A stretch of 64,000 nt of DNA from Mobula hypostoma (lineage: Eukaryota), in NCBI RefSeq assembly GCF_963921235.1, contig NC_086101.1, positions 10,232,001-10,296,000 on the forward strand, in the 5' to 3' direction. This document shows, piece by piece, positions 25,601-36,566 of this stretch (positions are counted from its first letter, which is position 1; the number at the start of each line of letters is the position of its first letter). The position numbers were made by a program, and so were the translations under genes. The notes beneath the pieces were generated by a model, which had not been told where the DNA came from, did not search any database, and saw only the letters and a list, made by a program, of their open reading frames with translations.

Positions 25601-27540
25601 TAGACTATTTTATGAATGTGCAGAAAATTTTAAAAATTGAGGTGCAAAGGGACTTGGAGGTCCTCGTGCAGACTTCCTTTTAGGTTAACTTGAAGGTTGA
25701 GTCTACGGTGAGGAAGGCAAATGCAAAGTTAGCATTCATTTCAAGAGAACTAGAATACAAAAGCAAGGATGTAATGATGAGGTGTTAGCAGGGCATTGGT
25801 AAAGCCTCATGGGGTTTTGGACCCGTTATCTAAGAAAGGATCTGCTGGCATAGGAGAGGGCTTGCGGAAGGTTCACAAAAATGATTCTTCAAGTGAAATG
25901 CTTGTCATACGATGGGCGTCTGATGGCTCTGGGCCTGTGCTCCTGTAAAATAGAATGAGTGGAGATCTCATTGAAACTTACCGGCTGTTGAAAGGCCTGA
26001 TAGAGTGGATGTGGAGAGGATGATTTCTAGGACCAGAGAGTACAACCTCGAAAAAGAAGGACATCAATTTAGAATGGGGATGAAGTATTCCTTTAGCAGA
26101 ATGTGATGAATCTATGGAATTAGTTGCTGCAGGTGGCTATGGAAAGCAGGTCATTGAGTATATTTAAAGCAGAGATTGGGAGATTCTTGATAAGTTAGGG
26201 TGTGAAAGGCTACAGAGAGAAGGCGAGAGAATGGGGTTGAGAGGGAAATGGAAAAGCCACACTCAAATGGCGAAACAGACTTGGGGGGTCAAATGGCCTA
26301 ATTCTGTTTCAGTGTCTTATAGGATTCAGTAGTTAGGAGAACAGACAAGAGACACTATGGATGAGAAAGACATGGTTTGTTGACTCCTAGGTGCCAGTGT
26401 CTGGGACATCTTGGGCTGGGTCCACAGCATTAAAGGGAGAGAGTGAGCAGCCAGAAGTTATGGTACATACTGGTTCCAACAACATAGATATGAAAGGGAA
26501 TGAGATCTTGAAGAGAGGAGGGGGCTAGGTAGAAAGCTGAAAAACAGGACTTCAAGGATAGTTTTCTCTGGATGGCTGCCTGTGGCAAACGCTGGTGAGA
26601 GGAAGAATTCGACAGATGAATATGTGGCTGAGGAATTGGAGCAGGAGGGAATATAGCAGATTTCTGGATCATTGGGATTCCTTCTTGGGAAGGTATGACC
26701 AACACCAAAAGGACTCGTTACACCTGAACTCGAGGGGAATCAAAAAACCTTGTGGGCAGGTTTACAAGAGCTGTGGAGTGTTTAAACTGGGCTGACAGGG
26801 AAATGGGAACCGTAGTGATGAAGCAGATGATTGAGTAGTTGGTGTAAAGGTAGATGCAATGTGCAGAGAGACAGAGGAAGAATACACAGTGGATGGGGCA
26901 TAATTGCAGTTAGTCTGATGGGTTAATGTGTATCTATTCTAATGGCAGAAGTATTGGGAACAAGGCTGATGAGCTTCGAGCGTGGGTCAGTACATGGAAC
27001 TACAATGTTGTGGCCATTACAGAGACTGGGACTTGGCTGTCACAGGGGCAAGGATGGTTGCTGGATGCTCCAATGTTTAGATGTTTCAAAAGGGGTGGGG
27101 GTGCTAAACGAGGTGGGGGAGTGGCATTGTTAATTAGGGATAGTATCACAGCTGCAGAAATGGAGGGTGTCATGGAGGGATTGTCTACTGAGTCAGTGAG
27201 GGTGGAAGTTTGAAACAGGACGGGGGCAATCCCTCTATTCAGAGCATTCTATAGATCCTCCAAAAAGCAACAAAGACACTGGGGAACAGATAGGGAGGCA
27301 AATTTTTAAAAGGTGCAAACATAACGGGGTTGTTGTCATGGGAACTTTAATTTGCTTAACATTGATTGGCACCTGCTTAGTGCAAGAGGATTAGATGGGG
27401 TGGAATTTGTTAGGTGTGTCCAGGAAGGATTAGTGCAGTCTGCTCACACCGAGGAGGGAGCAAAGTGAATTTGGTTGATTGTTGAGATGAAGGGATTGTC
27501 TTTTGAGGAAAGATTGATCAGGTTGGGCCATGGTCACTGG
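22640..27540. mobile_element. Nest of decayed CR1 fragments in both orientations (+ host pieces; - inserts ~23197-23695 and ~24100-25335)
   Basis: [15 protein letters not shown] and [12 protein letters not shown] on -; DSLHLN and YSNGRSIGNK on +; (AACATAGA) tails at insert edges. Confidence 0.85.
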
Positions 27541-27593
27541 AAAATGAGAATATTTGGCACTGAAGCTATCCTCTGAGATAAGAGGACCAAATC

Positions 27594-27710
27594 ACAAACA
27601 GGAAAAATCTGCAGATACTGGAAATCCAAGCAACACACACAAAGTGCTGGGGGGAGTCAGCAGGCTTGGCAGCGTCTGTGGGAAAATGTACAGTCAACGT
27701 TTTGGGTGTG
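27594..27710 (-). mobile_element. Short PLE pLTR 3' fragment ending in hammerhead stem II
   Basis: 'aaatctgcagatactggaaatccaagcaacacacacaaagtgctgg...gtacagtcaacgttttggg' matches the PLE arm at 3990-4100. Confidence 0.75.
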
Positions 27711-28009
27711 GCTGTGCAGAGCTTTGTTCTTGTTACCTAAAACAGGATATTGTAACAATGTAGTCTGTCCAAAGGTTTGGTAGGCTTACCAGATTAATAA
27801 CTGTGAGAGTTGCCATATCATGAGAGATCAGATAGTTTAGTTACTATTTCCCTTGAAGTTTAGAAAACAATGATTGAACTTGTCTGTTCAACTAACACCC
27901 TAATTGGGCTTCACAGGGCAGATACAGAAGTTTCCATCAGATAACAGTACAGCACAGAACAGGCTCCTTGGCCAACAATATCAGTGGCAACCAAAATGCC
28001 TAATACAAC

Positions 28010-28882
28010 TAATTCCTGTAGTTGGTGATGTCCTGAATGCCCTTCCACACACGCCACGGGTCGCCGCTGTCCTGGAAGTGGCTGTGGATTCGCTGGGCGT
28101 GTGCACGCGTTGCCTCTCTGATGGTCCGGGACAGTTTGGCCCTCGCTGTTGTTAGCGCTGCATTGTCGCCTGTTCTGAAGGCAGAGTCATGGGTCCTCAG
28201 CAGCGCACGCAACTCCGCGGTCAACCATGGCTTCTGGTTAGAGCGTGTAGTGATGGTCTTGGACACAGTGATGTCATCGATGCACTTGCTGATGTCACTA
28301 GTCACTGATGCCGTGTACATCACTAAGCTGGTAGAGTCGCCATCGGTTGCAGCTTCTCTGAACCTGTGCCAGTCAGTGTGCTCAAAGCAGTCTTGAAGAG
28401 CAGAGATGACTCCTGCTGGCCAGGTTTTCACCTGCTGCTGAACTGGTCCGGAGTGTCTGACGAGCGGTCTGTATGCTGGGATTAGCACAACAGAGATGTG
28501 GTCTGAGTAACCGAGGTGGGGGCGGGGCTCTGCCCGGTACGTGTCAGGAAGGTTTGTATAAACAAGGTCCAATGCGTTCTCCCCTCTCGTTGCAAAGTCT
28601 ACGTGCTGATGGAATTTGGGGAGCACTGAATTGAGGTTTGCGTGGTTAAAATCTCCGGCGACAATAAACAGTCCATCAGGGTGTGCGTTCTGCAGTTTGC
28701 TAATAGCCCCGTACAGTTCACAGAGCACCTCCTTAGCATCAGCGCTGGGGGGAATGTACACACCAATATAAGGACAGTGGTGAATTCCCGTGGCAAATAA
28801 AATGGTCTGCATCTAACAGTCACTAATTCCACTAGCGATGAGCAGTAACTAGAGACCAGCACAGAGTTCTTGCACCATTCCG
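28010..28882 (-). mobile_element. Rex1/Babar LINE endonuclease fragment
   Basis: VYIPPSA...[12 protein letters not shown]...LDLVYTN...SDHISV...QKPWLT. Confidence 0.88.
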
Positions 28883-29757
28883 TGTTGATGTATACACATT
28901 CATATGTCTGTTGATGTGTACACATTCATATGTCTATCTGAAAGTCGCTTGGACATCACTGATATAACGGCTTCCAACACTATCCCTATCAGTTGTTTCC
29001 GTCACATGCTGCTCTCTGTTTAAAAAAAGATATCCTACATATGCCTTTAAATTTTTTCCCCTCACTGTTTGACGTTTCTACTGAGAGGACAAGATTCTGA
29101 CTGCCTTCCTTATCTCTGCCTCTGATAACTACTTAAACCTCTGTCTGGCATCCCTCCAGCCTATGATACACCAAAGAAATCAATCCAAGTTTGTCTAACC
29201 TCTCGTTGTAGCTCATACCCTCTAATCCCAGCAATAGGTACCTGGAGAATAAAGACACATACGTAAGGCTCCTTTTCATTGACTACAGCTCTGCCTTTAA
29301 TACCATCATTCCAAATAAACTGATTCCTAAGCTCTGGAACCTGGGCCTTAGCAATCAGATCTGCAGCTAGATCTTCAACTTCCTCAAAGACAGGACCCAG
29401 GCTGTAAAAATAGGGGACAAGCTCTCCTCTACAATCACTCTGGGCACCAGTGCCCCACAAGGCTGTGTACTCAGCCCCCTGCTTTACTCACTGTACACCT
29501 GTGGTAAATCATATATATATGTTGTAACTGGGTTACCTGTCTGGACACGCCCCTCTGCTGACTGCCCCTGTGGCTCCTTCCACAGACCCCGGAATAAAGG
29601 CGATTGCGCCATTGCTCCTCCCTCAGTCCAGGGGCAGATACTCAGCATGCTGGAGGTCACATTTTACTGCTAATAAAAGCCTTTCAGTATTTACTCTACT
29701 TCCAGTCTCTTGGAGTTATCGTTGGTGCATCAATTTTATTAGCAGTAATTTTAAAGC

Positions 29758-30900
29758 ATGGAACACGTCCTGAGACCCGACAAGTTAGACATCGACCCGC
29801 AAACACCTGAAACTGGAAACGCTTTCGAACTCTGGCTGGCCGGCTTCGAATCATACCTAGAGGAAATTGAAGTGACCGAATCCACAGCGAACCGCAGAGT
29901 TCTACTTTCTAGGGTTTACTCGATGATCAGAGACCAGCTGAGCTACGACGGCGCAATGAGCGCCCTCAAAGGACAATACCTGCGGCCGGTAAACACCGTC
30001 TATGCGCAGCATCGCTTACTGACACGGCAGCAGTGGCCCGGGGAGTGGAGCGCTGAGTTTGTCCGGGCACTACGGACACTCGTGCGGACCTGCGGCTGCC
30101 AAGAACTGACGGCAGAACAGCATGTGGAGCTCAGAGTGAGAGACGCCTTCGTCACGGGGACCAGGTCAGTGTATGTGCACCAGCGGCTGCTGGAACAAGC
30201 TGATCTTACCTTACATTCGGCGATTGAGCTGGCCGACACGCTGGAGGCCACTCTGCACAACTCTGAGGCTCTCCAGGCACGCGATCCCCCAATGGCCTCG
30301 TGGACGCCGCAGACCCCACAACCCGCCGGCGAATCGACCTCGACTGCTGCCAGTCACGAGTCCGCGAAGTGCTACTTCTGCAGACTGGAGAAGCACCCCT
30401 GGAAACGCTGCCCAGCCCGAGAAGCTACCTGCTCCAGCTGTGGAAAGAAGGGCCACTTCACCAAGGTCTGTAAGTCCAAACCGCCAGCAGGATCGAGCAG
30501 CGCCGCGTGCGAGAGGTGGGGGTCGCCATCTTCCCTGCACGCCGCCACCACGTGTCAGACATGGGGACGGCCATCTCGGTCGATGCCACCTCCCACCGCC
30601 TACAACCAACGGGTGCTCATGGGGCACCCCACCGCACCAGACCAAGACAGCGACTCAACCCTGGCCTCCATGACCCTCGACCAAAGCTCTCCCCACCAGC
30701 TCGCAAGGTCAGTGATGGACATCCTGGTGGAGGGGCACAGGACAAGCTGCCTGTTTGACACATGCAGCACGGAGAGTTTCATCCACCCGGACACAGTGCA
30801 GCATTGCGGACTCGCGATACAGCCGGTAAGTCAGAGGGTTGCCATGGCTTCCAGGTTGCATACAACAGACATCCGGGGGGGGGTTGTGCAGCGACGCTAG
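29758..30900 (+). pseudogene. Gypsy gag-protease frame (frameshift at G-run ~30876-30883)
   Basis: Two zinc knuckles CYFC..H...C and CSSCGKKGHFTKVC; protease-like LFDTCSTESF. Confidence 0.85.
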
Positions 30901-31213
30901 TGGTGCCGGGCACAGAATATCGAGACTTTACATTACTGGTCATGCCTCAACTGTGTGCCCCTGTGCTGTTGGGGCTCGACTTCCAGAGCCACCTGAAAAG
31001 CGTGACAATGGAGTATGATCAATCACTGTCATAAATCCTCTGCTTTGTAGGAATTCGTCACATACCCCGCTACTGACCACCCACACACAGCGACCCGCAC
31101 ATCCCACCCAACACCAAGCCAACAGCCGCACTACCGACACCACTTGTGGCCTCTCCACCCTCAGGATCCCTCCCCCACCGCTGTTCGACAACCTGACCCC
31201 CGACTGTAAACCT

Positions 31214-32173
31214 GTGGCAACTAAAAGCAGGAGGTACAGCGCGGGGGACAGAGCCTTCATTAAGTCGGAGGTGCAGCGGCTGCTCAGGGAGGGGGTCACT
31301 GAGGCAAGCACAAGTCCTTGGAGGGCGCAGGTGGTCGTTTTTCAGAACGGGGAGAAAAATAGGATGGTCGTGGACTATAGCCAGACCATCAATAGGTTCA
31401 CGCAGCTCGATGCGTCCCCTCTACCCCGCATCACGGATATGGTCAATCAGATAGCACAGTACAAGGTGTACTTGACCGTAGACCTAAAATCCACTTACCA
31501 TCGGCTCCCCATCCGCCGGGAGGACCTCCCTTACACTGCCTTCGAGGCGGACGGCAGGCTTTATCAATTCCTGCACGTCCCCTTCGGTGTCACGAATGGT
31601 GTATCTGTCTTCCAGAGGGAAATGGACCGGATGGTGGACCAGTGCCAACTGAAGGCCACGTTCCCATATCTGGATAACATCACCATCTGCGGTCACGACC
31701 GGCAGGATCACGACAACAACCTCCAAAAATTTCTCCAAGCAGCCAAAGCTTTCAATCTCACCTATAACAAGGACAAGTGTGTATTCGGAACCACCCGACT
31801 TGCTATCCTTGGGTGTGTCACGGAGAACGGAGTCATTGGCCCTGACCCTGACCGTATGTGTCCCCTGTTGGAACTCCCTCTTCCCAACACGCTCAGAGCC
31901 CTCAAAAGGTGCCTGGGCTTCCTTTCATATTACACCCAATGGGTCTCTAACTACGCAGACAAGGCCCGCCCCTTGGTCAAGTCCAGCACATTCCCCCTCT
32001 CAGCCGAGGCCCGCGCGGCCTTCAGCCGCATTAAAGGGGACATTGCCAAAGCAGCAATGCATGCGGTGGATGAGGCCATTCCCTTCCAAGTAGAGAGTGA
32101 CGCCTCCGACTTCACACTGGCTGCTACCCTCAACCAGGCGGGAAGACCAGTGGTGTTCTTCTCCCGTACCCTT
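31214..32173 (+). pseudogene. Gypsy RT and N-terminal RNase H, truncated by deletion into the 3' LTR
   Basis: SPWRAQVVV, RMVVDY, VDLKSTYH, VPFGVTNG, YLDN, ESDASD...FFSRTL, then LTR sequence. Confidence 0.9.
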
Positions 32174-33544
32174 GTAAACCATATATATATATATGTTGTA
32201 ACTGGGTTACAACCTGTCTGGACATGTCCCTCTGCTGACTGCTCCTGTGGCTCCTCCCACAGACCCCTGAATAAAGGCGATTGCCCCATTTCTCCTCCTC
32301 CTCCGTCCGGGGCAGATACTCAGCATGATGGAGGTCACATTGTACTGCTAATAAAAGCCTTTCAGTCTTTTCTTCCAGTCTTTTGGAGTTATTGATGGTG
32401 CACCAACACCCATGATTGTGTAGACAAGTTTCCATCGAACTCAATATATAAGTTTGCTGATGACACAACAATTGTAGGCTGTATCTCGGGTAATGATGAG
32501 TTTGAGAACAGAGAGGAAATTAAGAACCTGGTGGCATGGTGTGAAGACAATAACCTATCCCTCAACATCAGCAAGATGAAGGAATTGGTTGTTGACTTCA
32601 GAAGGAGTAGCGGACCGCACGATCCCATTTACATCAGTGGTGCGCAAGTGGAACAGGTCAAAAGGTTTAAGTTCCTTGGGGTCAATATCACAAATGACCT
32701 GACTTGGTCCAAACAAGCAGAGTTCACTGCCAAGAAGGCCCACCAGCGCCTTTACTTCCTGAGAAAACTAAAGAAATTTGGCCTGACCCCTAAAACCCTC
32801 ACTAATTTTTATAGATGAACCGTAGAAAGCATTCTTCTAGGGTGCATCACAACCTGGTATGGAAGTTATCCTGTCCAAGACCGAAGGAAGTTGCAGAAGA
32901 TCGTGAGCATGGCGCAGCACATCACACAAACCAATCTTCCGTCCGTGGAATCACTTTACACCGCATGCTATCGGAGCAGTGCTGCCAGGATAATCAAGGA
33001 CACGACCCACCCAGCCAACACACTTTTCATCCCTCTTCCCTCCGGGAGAATGCTCAGAAGCTTGAAGACTTGCACGGCCGGATTTGGGAACAGCTTTTTT
33101 CCAACTGTGATAAGACTGCTGAACAGATCCTGACCCGGATCTGGGCCGTACCCTCCAAATATCTGCACCCGCCTCTTGGTTTTTTTGCACTACCTTATTT
33201 TCCATTTTTCTATTTTCTATTTATGATTTATAATTTAAAATTTTAATATTTACTATCGATTTGTAATCCAGGGAGTGGGAAGCACAGAATCAAATATCGC
33301 TGTGATGATTGTATGTTCTAGTATCAATTGTTAAGTGATAAAAAAGTATAAAGTATTAAAGTAATAATGTCAAAGAAATGTATGCAATATAAATTATGGA
33401 AATTTTTTTCTTCACAAACGTCCATGAAATCAGAGAAGTGCCCCAAAGAATGAATGATAATTAAATGTTAGAACCCCAAAGCTCCCCCCCCTCCCAAGCA
33501 TAAGCAGCAGCAAAGCAGTTATCATCCCCCTCCCCCACCAGCAC

Positions 33545-34850
33545 CGAAAACAGGCCATTCTAGTCTGTGCCAAAACTTTATTCCGCTAGTCCTACTGACC
33601 TGCACCCAGTCCATAACCCACCAGACCCCTCCCATCCATGTATCTATCCAATTTATCCTTAGAACTTAAGAGTGAACCTGCATTTACCACATCAGATGAC
33701 AGCTCATTCCCACCACTCTCTGAGTGAAGTTCCCCCTAAACCTTTCCCCTTTCACCCTGAAGCCCTGTCCTCTCATATTTATCTCTCCTAATCTAACTGG
33801 AAAGAGCCTACTTGCATTTACTCTGTCTATACCCCTCATAATTTTGTAAACTCTATCAAATCTCCCCTCATTCTTCTATGCTTCAAGGAATAAAGTCCTA
33901 ACCTGTTCAATCTTTCCCTGTAACTCAACTCCTGAAGAACTGGCAACATCCTAGAAAATCTTCCTTGCACTCTTTCAATCTTACTGATATCCTTCCAATA
34001 GTTACATGACCAGAACTGCACACAATATTCCAAATTTGGCCTCACCAATGTCTTATACAACCTCACCATAACATCCCAACTCCTATAGTCAGTACTTTGA
34101 TTTATGAATGCCAGGATGCCAAAAGCCTTCTTTACAACCCTGTCTACCTGTGACACCACTTTCAGGGAATTATGTATCAGAACTCCCAGATCCCTTTGTT
34201 CCTCCACACTCCTCAGTGCCCTACCATTTACTGTGTATGTCCTACCTTGATTTGTCCTTCCAAAATGCAACACCTCACACCTGTCTGCATTAAATTCCAT
34301 CTGCTATTTTCTGGCCCATTTTTCTATTTGGTCCAGATCCCTCTGCAAGCTTTGAAAGCCTTCCTCGCCATCCACAACACCTCCAATCTTAGTGTCATCA
34401 GCAAACTTGCTGATCCAATTTACCACATTACCATCTAGATCATTGATATAGACAACAAACAACAATGGTCCCAGCACAGATCCCTGAGGCACACCACTAG
34501 TCACAGGCCTCCAGTCTGCAAAGCAATCATCCACTACCACACTCTGTCTTCTACACAGCTAATTTCGAAACCAGTTTACAACCTCTCCATGGATACCTAG
34601 TGTCTGAACCTTCTGAACTAACCTCCCATGTGGGACCTTGTCAAAGGCCTTACTAAAGTCCATGTAGACAACATCCACATCCTTTCCTTCATCTACATTC
34701 TTGGTAACCTCCTCGAAAAAACTCTACAAGATTTGTTAAACATGATCTACCACGCACAAAGTCATGCTGTCTATCCTTAATCAGCCCTTAGCTGTCCAAA
34801 TACTTGTATATCCAATCTCTCAGAACATCTTCCAATAATTTACCTGCTAC
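33545..34850 (-). mobile_element. CR1 LINE, 5'-truncated
   Basis: [34 protein letters not shown]. Confidence 0.92.
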
Positions 34851-35448
34851 TGCCTCAGCATTATCTCCTTGTTTTTAATATTGTATTCCCCTTGAAGTGA
34901 ATAACAACATTGCAATTGCCTTCTTTACCACAGACTCAAACTGTAAATTGAGGTGCAAAGGGACTTGGAGATCCTCATGCAGGCTTCCTTTTAGGTTAAC
35001 TTAAATCTATGGTGAGAAAAGAGGTGTCATCGTTTCACAGCAAGAGGGGAGATATAACGAAACAGCTTGCCGATTTATGCTATTAAAAGTCTGTTGTGTC
35101 GCTGTTTCTGAGCTCTGTGCCCAAAGAACTCGGGTCTCTGGGCACACACAGCCAACAGCCAGCTCACCGCTTTCGATCTTCCATCTCCCACCTCGCACCA
35201 AGTGGCAGCATCAAATCGAATCCACCGGCCTCCAGAGCCGTGAAAATCCGGCACCCTGAAGGCACGCTAGTCTTCTCAGCCGCATCCTTGGCACGTCGCT
35301 CTCCTCTCCTTGTAGCTCATACCTTCTAATCCAGGCAGCATCCTGGTACACCTCTTCCACATCCTTTCCAGAGACACCATATCCTGTAATGGGGCAGGCA
35401 GAATTGCATATAAAATTCCAAGTACTGCCTGGACAATGTTTTATAGAA

Positions 35449-35852
35449 CTTCTTCGTCTTTTTCATCTGACTTTTAATGGCAGTTGGCAGTCCAACTTAA
35501 AGGTGCATTCCCACCACCAACTGGACTGGAGTGTGGTGTAGAGAGTTGGGAAATAAAACTCCTACGAGTTCTTTATCAAATGAAAACTAAATTACCCCAA
35601 AGAGTTAGTACATAATGAAAGACAATATTGAAAATTAAATTCATGTCACTTCTATAACTTATTAAAGTTTTAAAATGAAAATTATCAACCCCCATAACGC
35701 TAGTAGTACAGCCTAAATTTGCTTTCTTTCAACCTTATATGCTTCACATTGTGAAAGAATATGTTCAACTGTTTCGTAATGATAAAACCTACACATCCCA
35801 GAGTGATGTTTTCCAACAGATACAAGGAACAATTAAGCATAGTATGCCCAAT
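35449..35852 (-). mobile_element. Nimb/I-clade LINE 3' fragment
   Basis: Minus strand reads RIGHTMLNCSLYLLEKHHSGMC...ETVEHILSQC (I-clade C-terminal knuckle). 3' UTR 'cacactccagtccagttggtggtgggaatgcacc', ending GAAGAAG. Confidence 0.7.
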
Positions 35853-35853
35853 T

Positions 35854-35899
35854 CTAAGTCACTAACTCACTAAGTCACTAAGTCACTAATCCACTAACT
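35854..35899. repeat. Imperfect 8-mer tandem repeat (CTAAGTCA)n
   Basis: ctaagtcactaactcactaagtcactaagtcactaatccactaact. Confidence 0.85.
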
Positions 35900-36566
35900 C
35901 TTAACCCCACCAAGCCCTGAGCTTCAATTTGCTAAGTGGAAGGTCGATATCCACAGGTGAACTTTTAACAGCTTTTTTGGCCAAACAATCAACCCACTCA
36001 TTCCCCTCAACACTTCTATGTGCAGGGACCCATAAGCAGAAGACATGTAGACCAATGCTTTGAATATGAAATAAAGTTGGAAGAGCTTCCAGCAGTAACT
36101 GTGACCTACTGCTGGAAAAGCTGTTTTAAGAAAAAGAATCTGAACAAATTATATCTTTGCAAGGACAAATTTCCTCCACCCACTCTCAGGCCAAAATGAT
36201 GGCAAACAATTGAGCTAGATATACAGATAAATGGTTATTGAGATGTTTCTTTATTGTTCCCTGTAATTCAGGCACAAAAACGGCCACACCAGCATTCCCT
36301 GTTAAATTATCTTTTGATCCATCAGTAAAAATGGTGAACATATCACAATAAATTTCCTAAACATATTGAGGAACCAACAGACTCTCAGGCATATCAAGAT
36401 CCTTGGGGTTCATTAAATCATGCAACCTAATAAAGCCATTGGAAAAAATCAAGGTGGGGTTACCAAGAAAGCTACAGTGGGACATATTGCGTAATCAGCA
36501 AACCCATTCCTAGCGTGACAAGAACCCAGCCACCCAGAACTAAAAACACGCTTCTAGTGAAACACC

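Larger units (their letters stand above)
29500..32405 (+). mobile_element. Gypsy (Mag-like) LTR retrotransposon, internally deleted (no integrase or PPT)
   Basis: 5' LTR 29500-29732 (TG...CA), 3' LTR ~32174-32405, and 5-bp TSD ACACC (29495-29499 and 32406-32410). Confidence 0.95.
29240..33363 (+). mobile_element. Rex1/Babar LINE, 5'-truncated, interrupted by Gypsy at 29500-32405
   Basis: Rejoining across the insertion restores QGCVLSPLLYSLYT|HDC. Downstream are KFADDTT, AWCEDNNLSLN and AHQRLYFLRKL, then a TAAAG-type tail. Confidence 0.9.

Noticed and set aside
30173..30758. Overlapping alternative-frame ORFs in Gypsy gag
   Set aside because: Expected in GC-rich coding sequence; no motifs.
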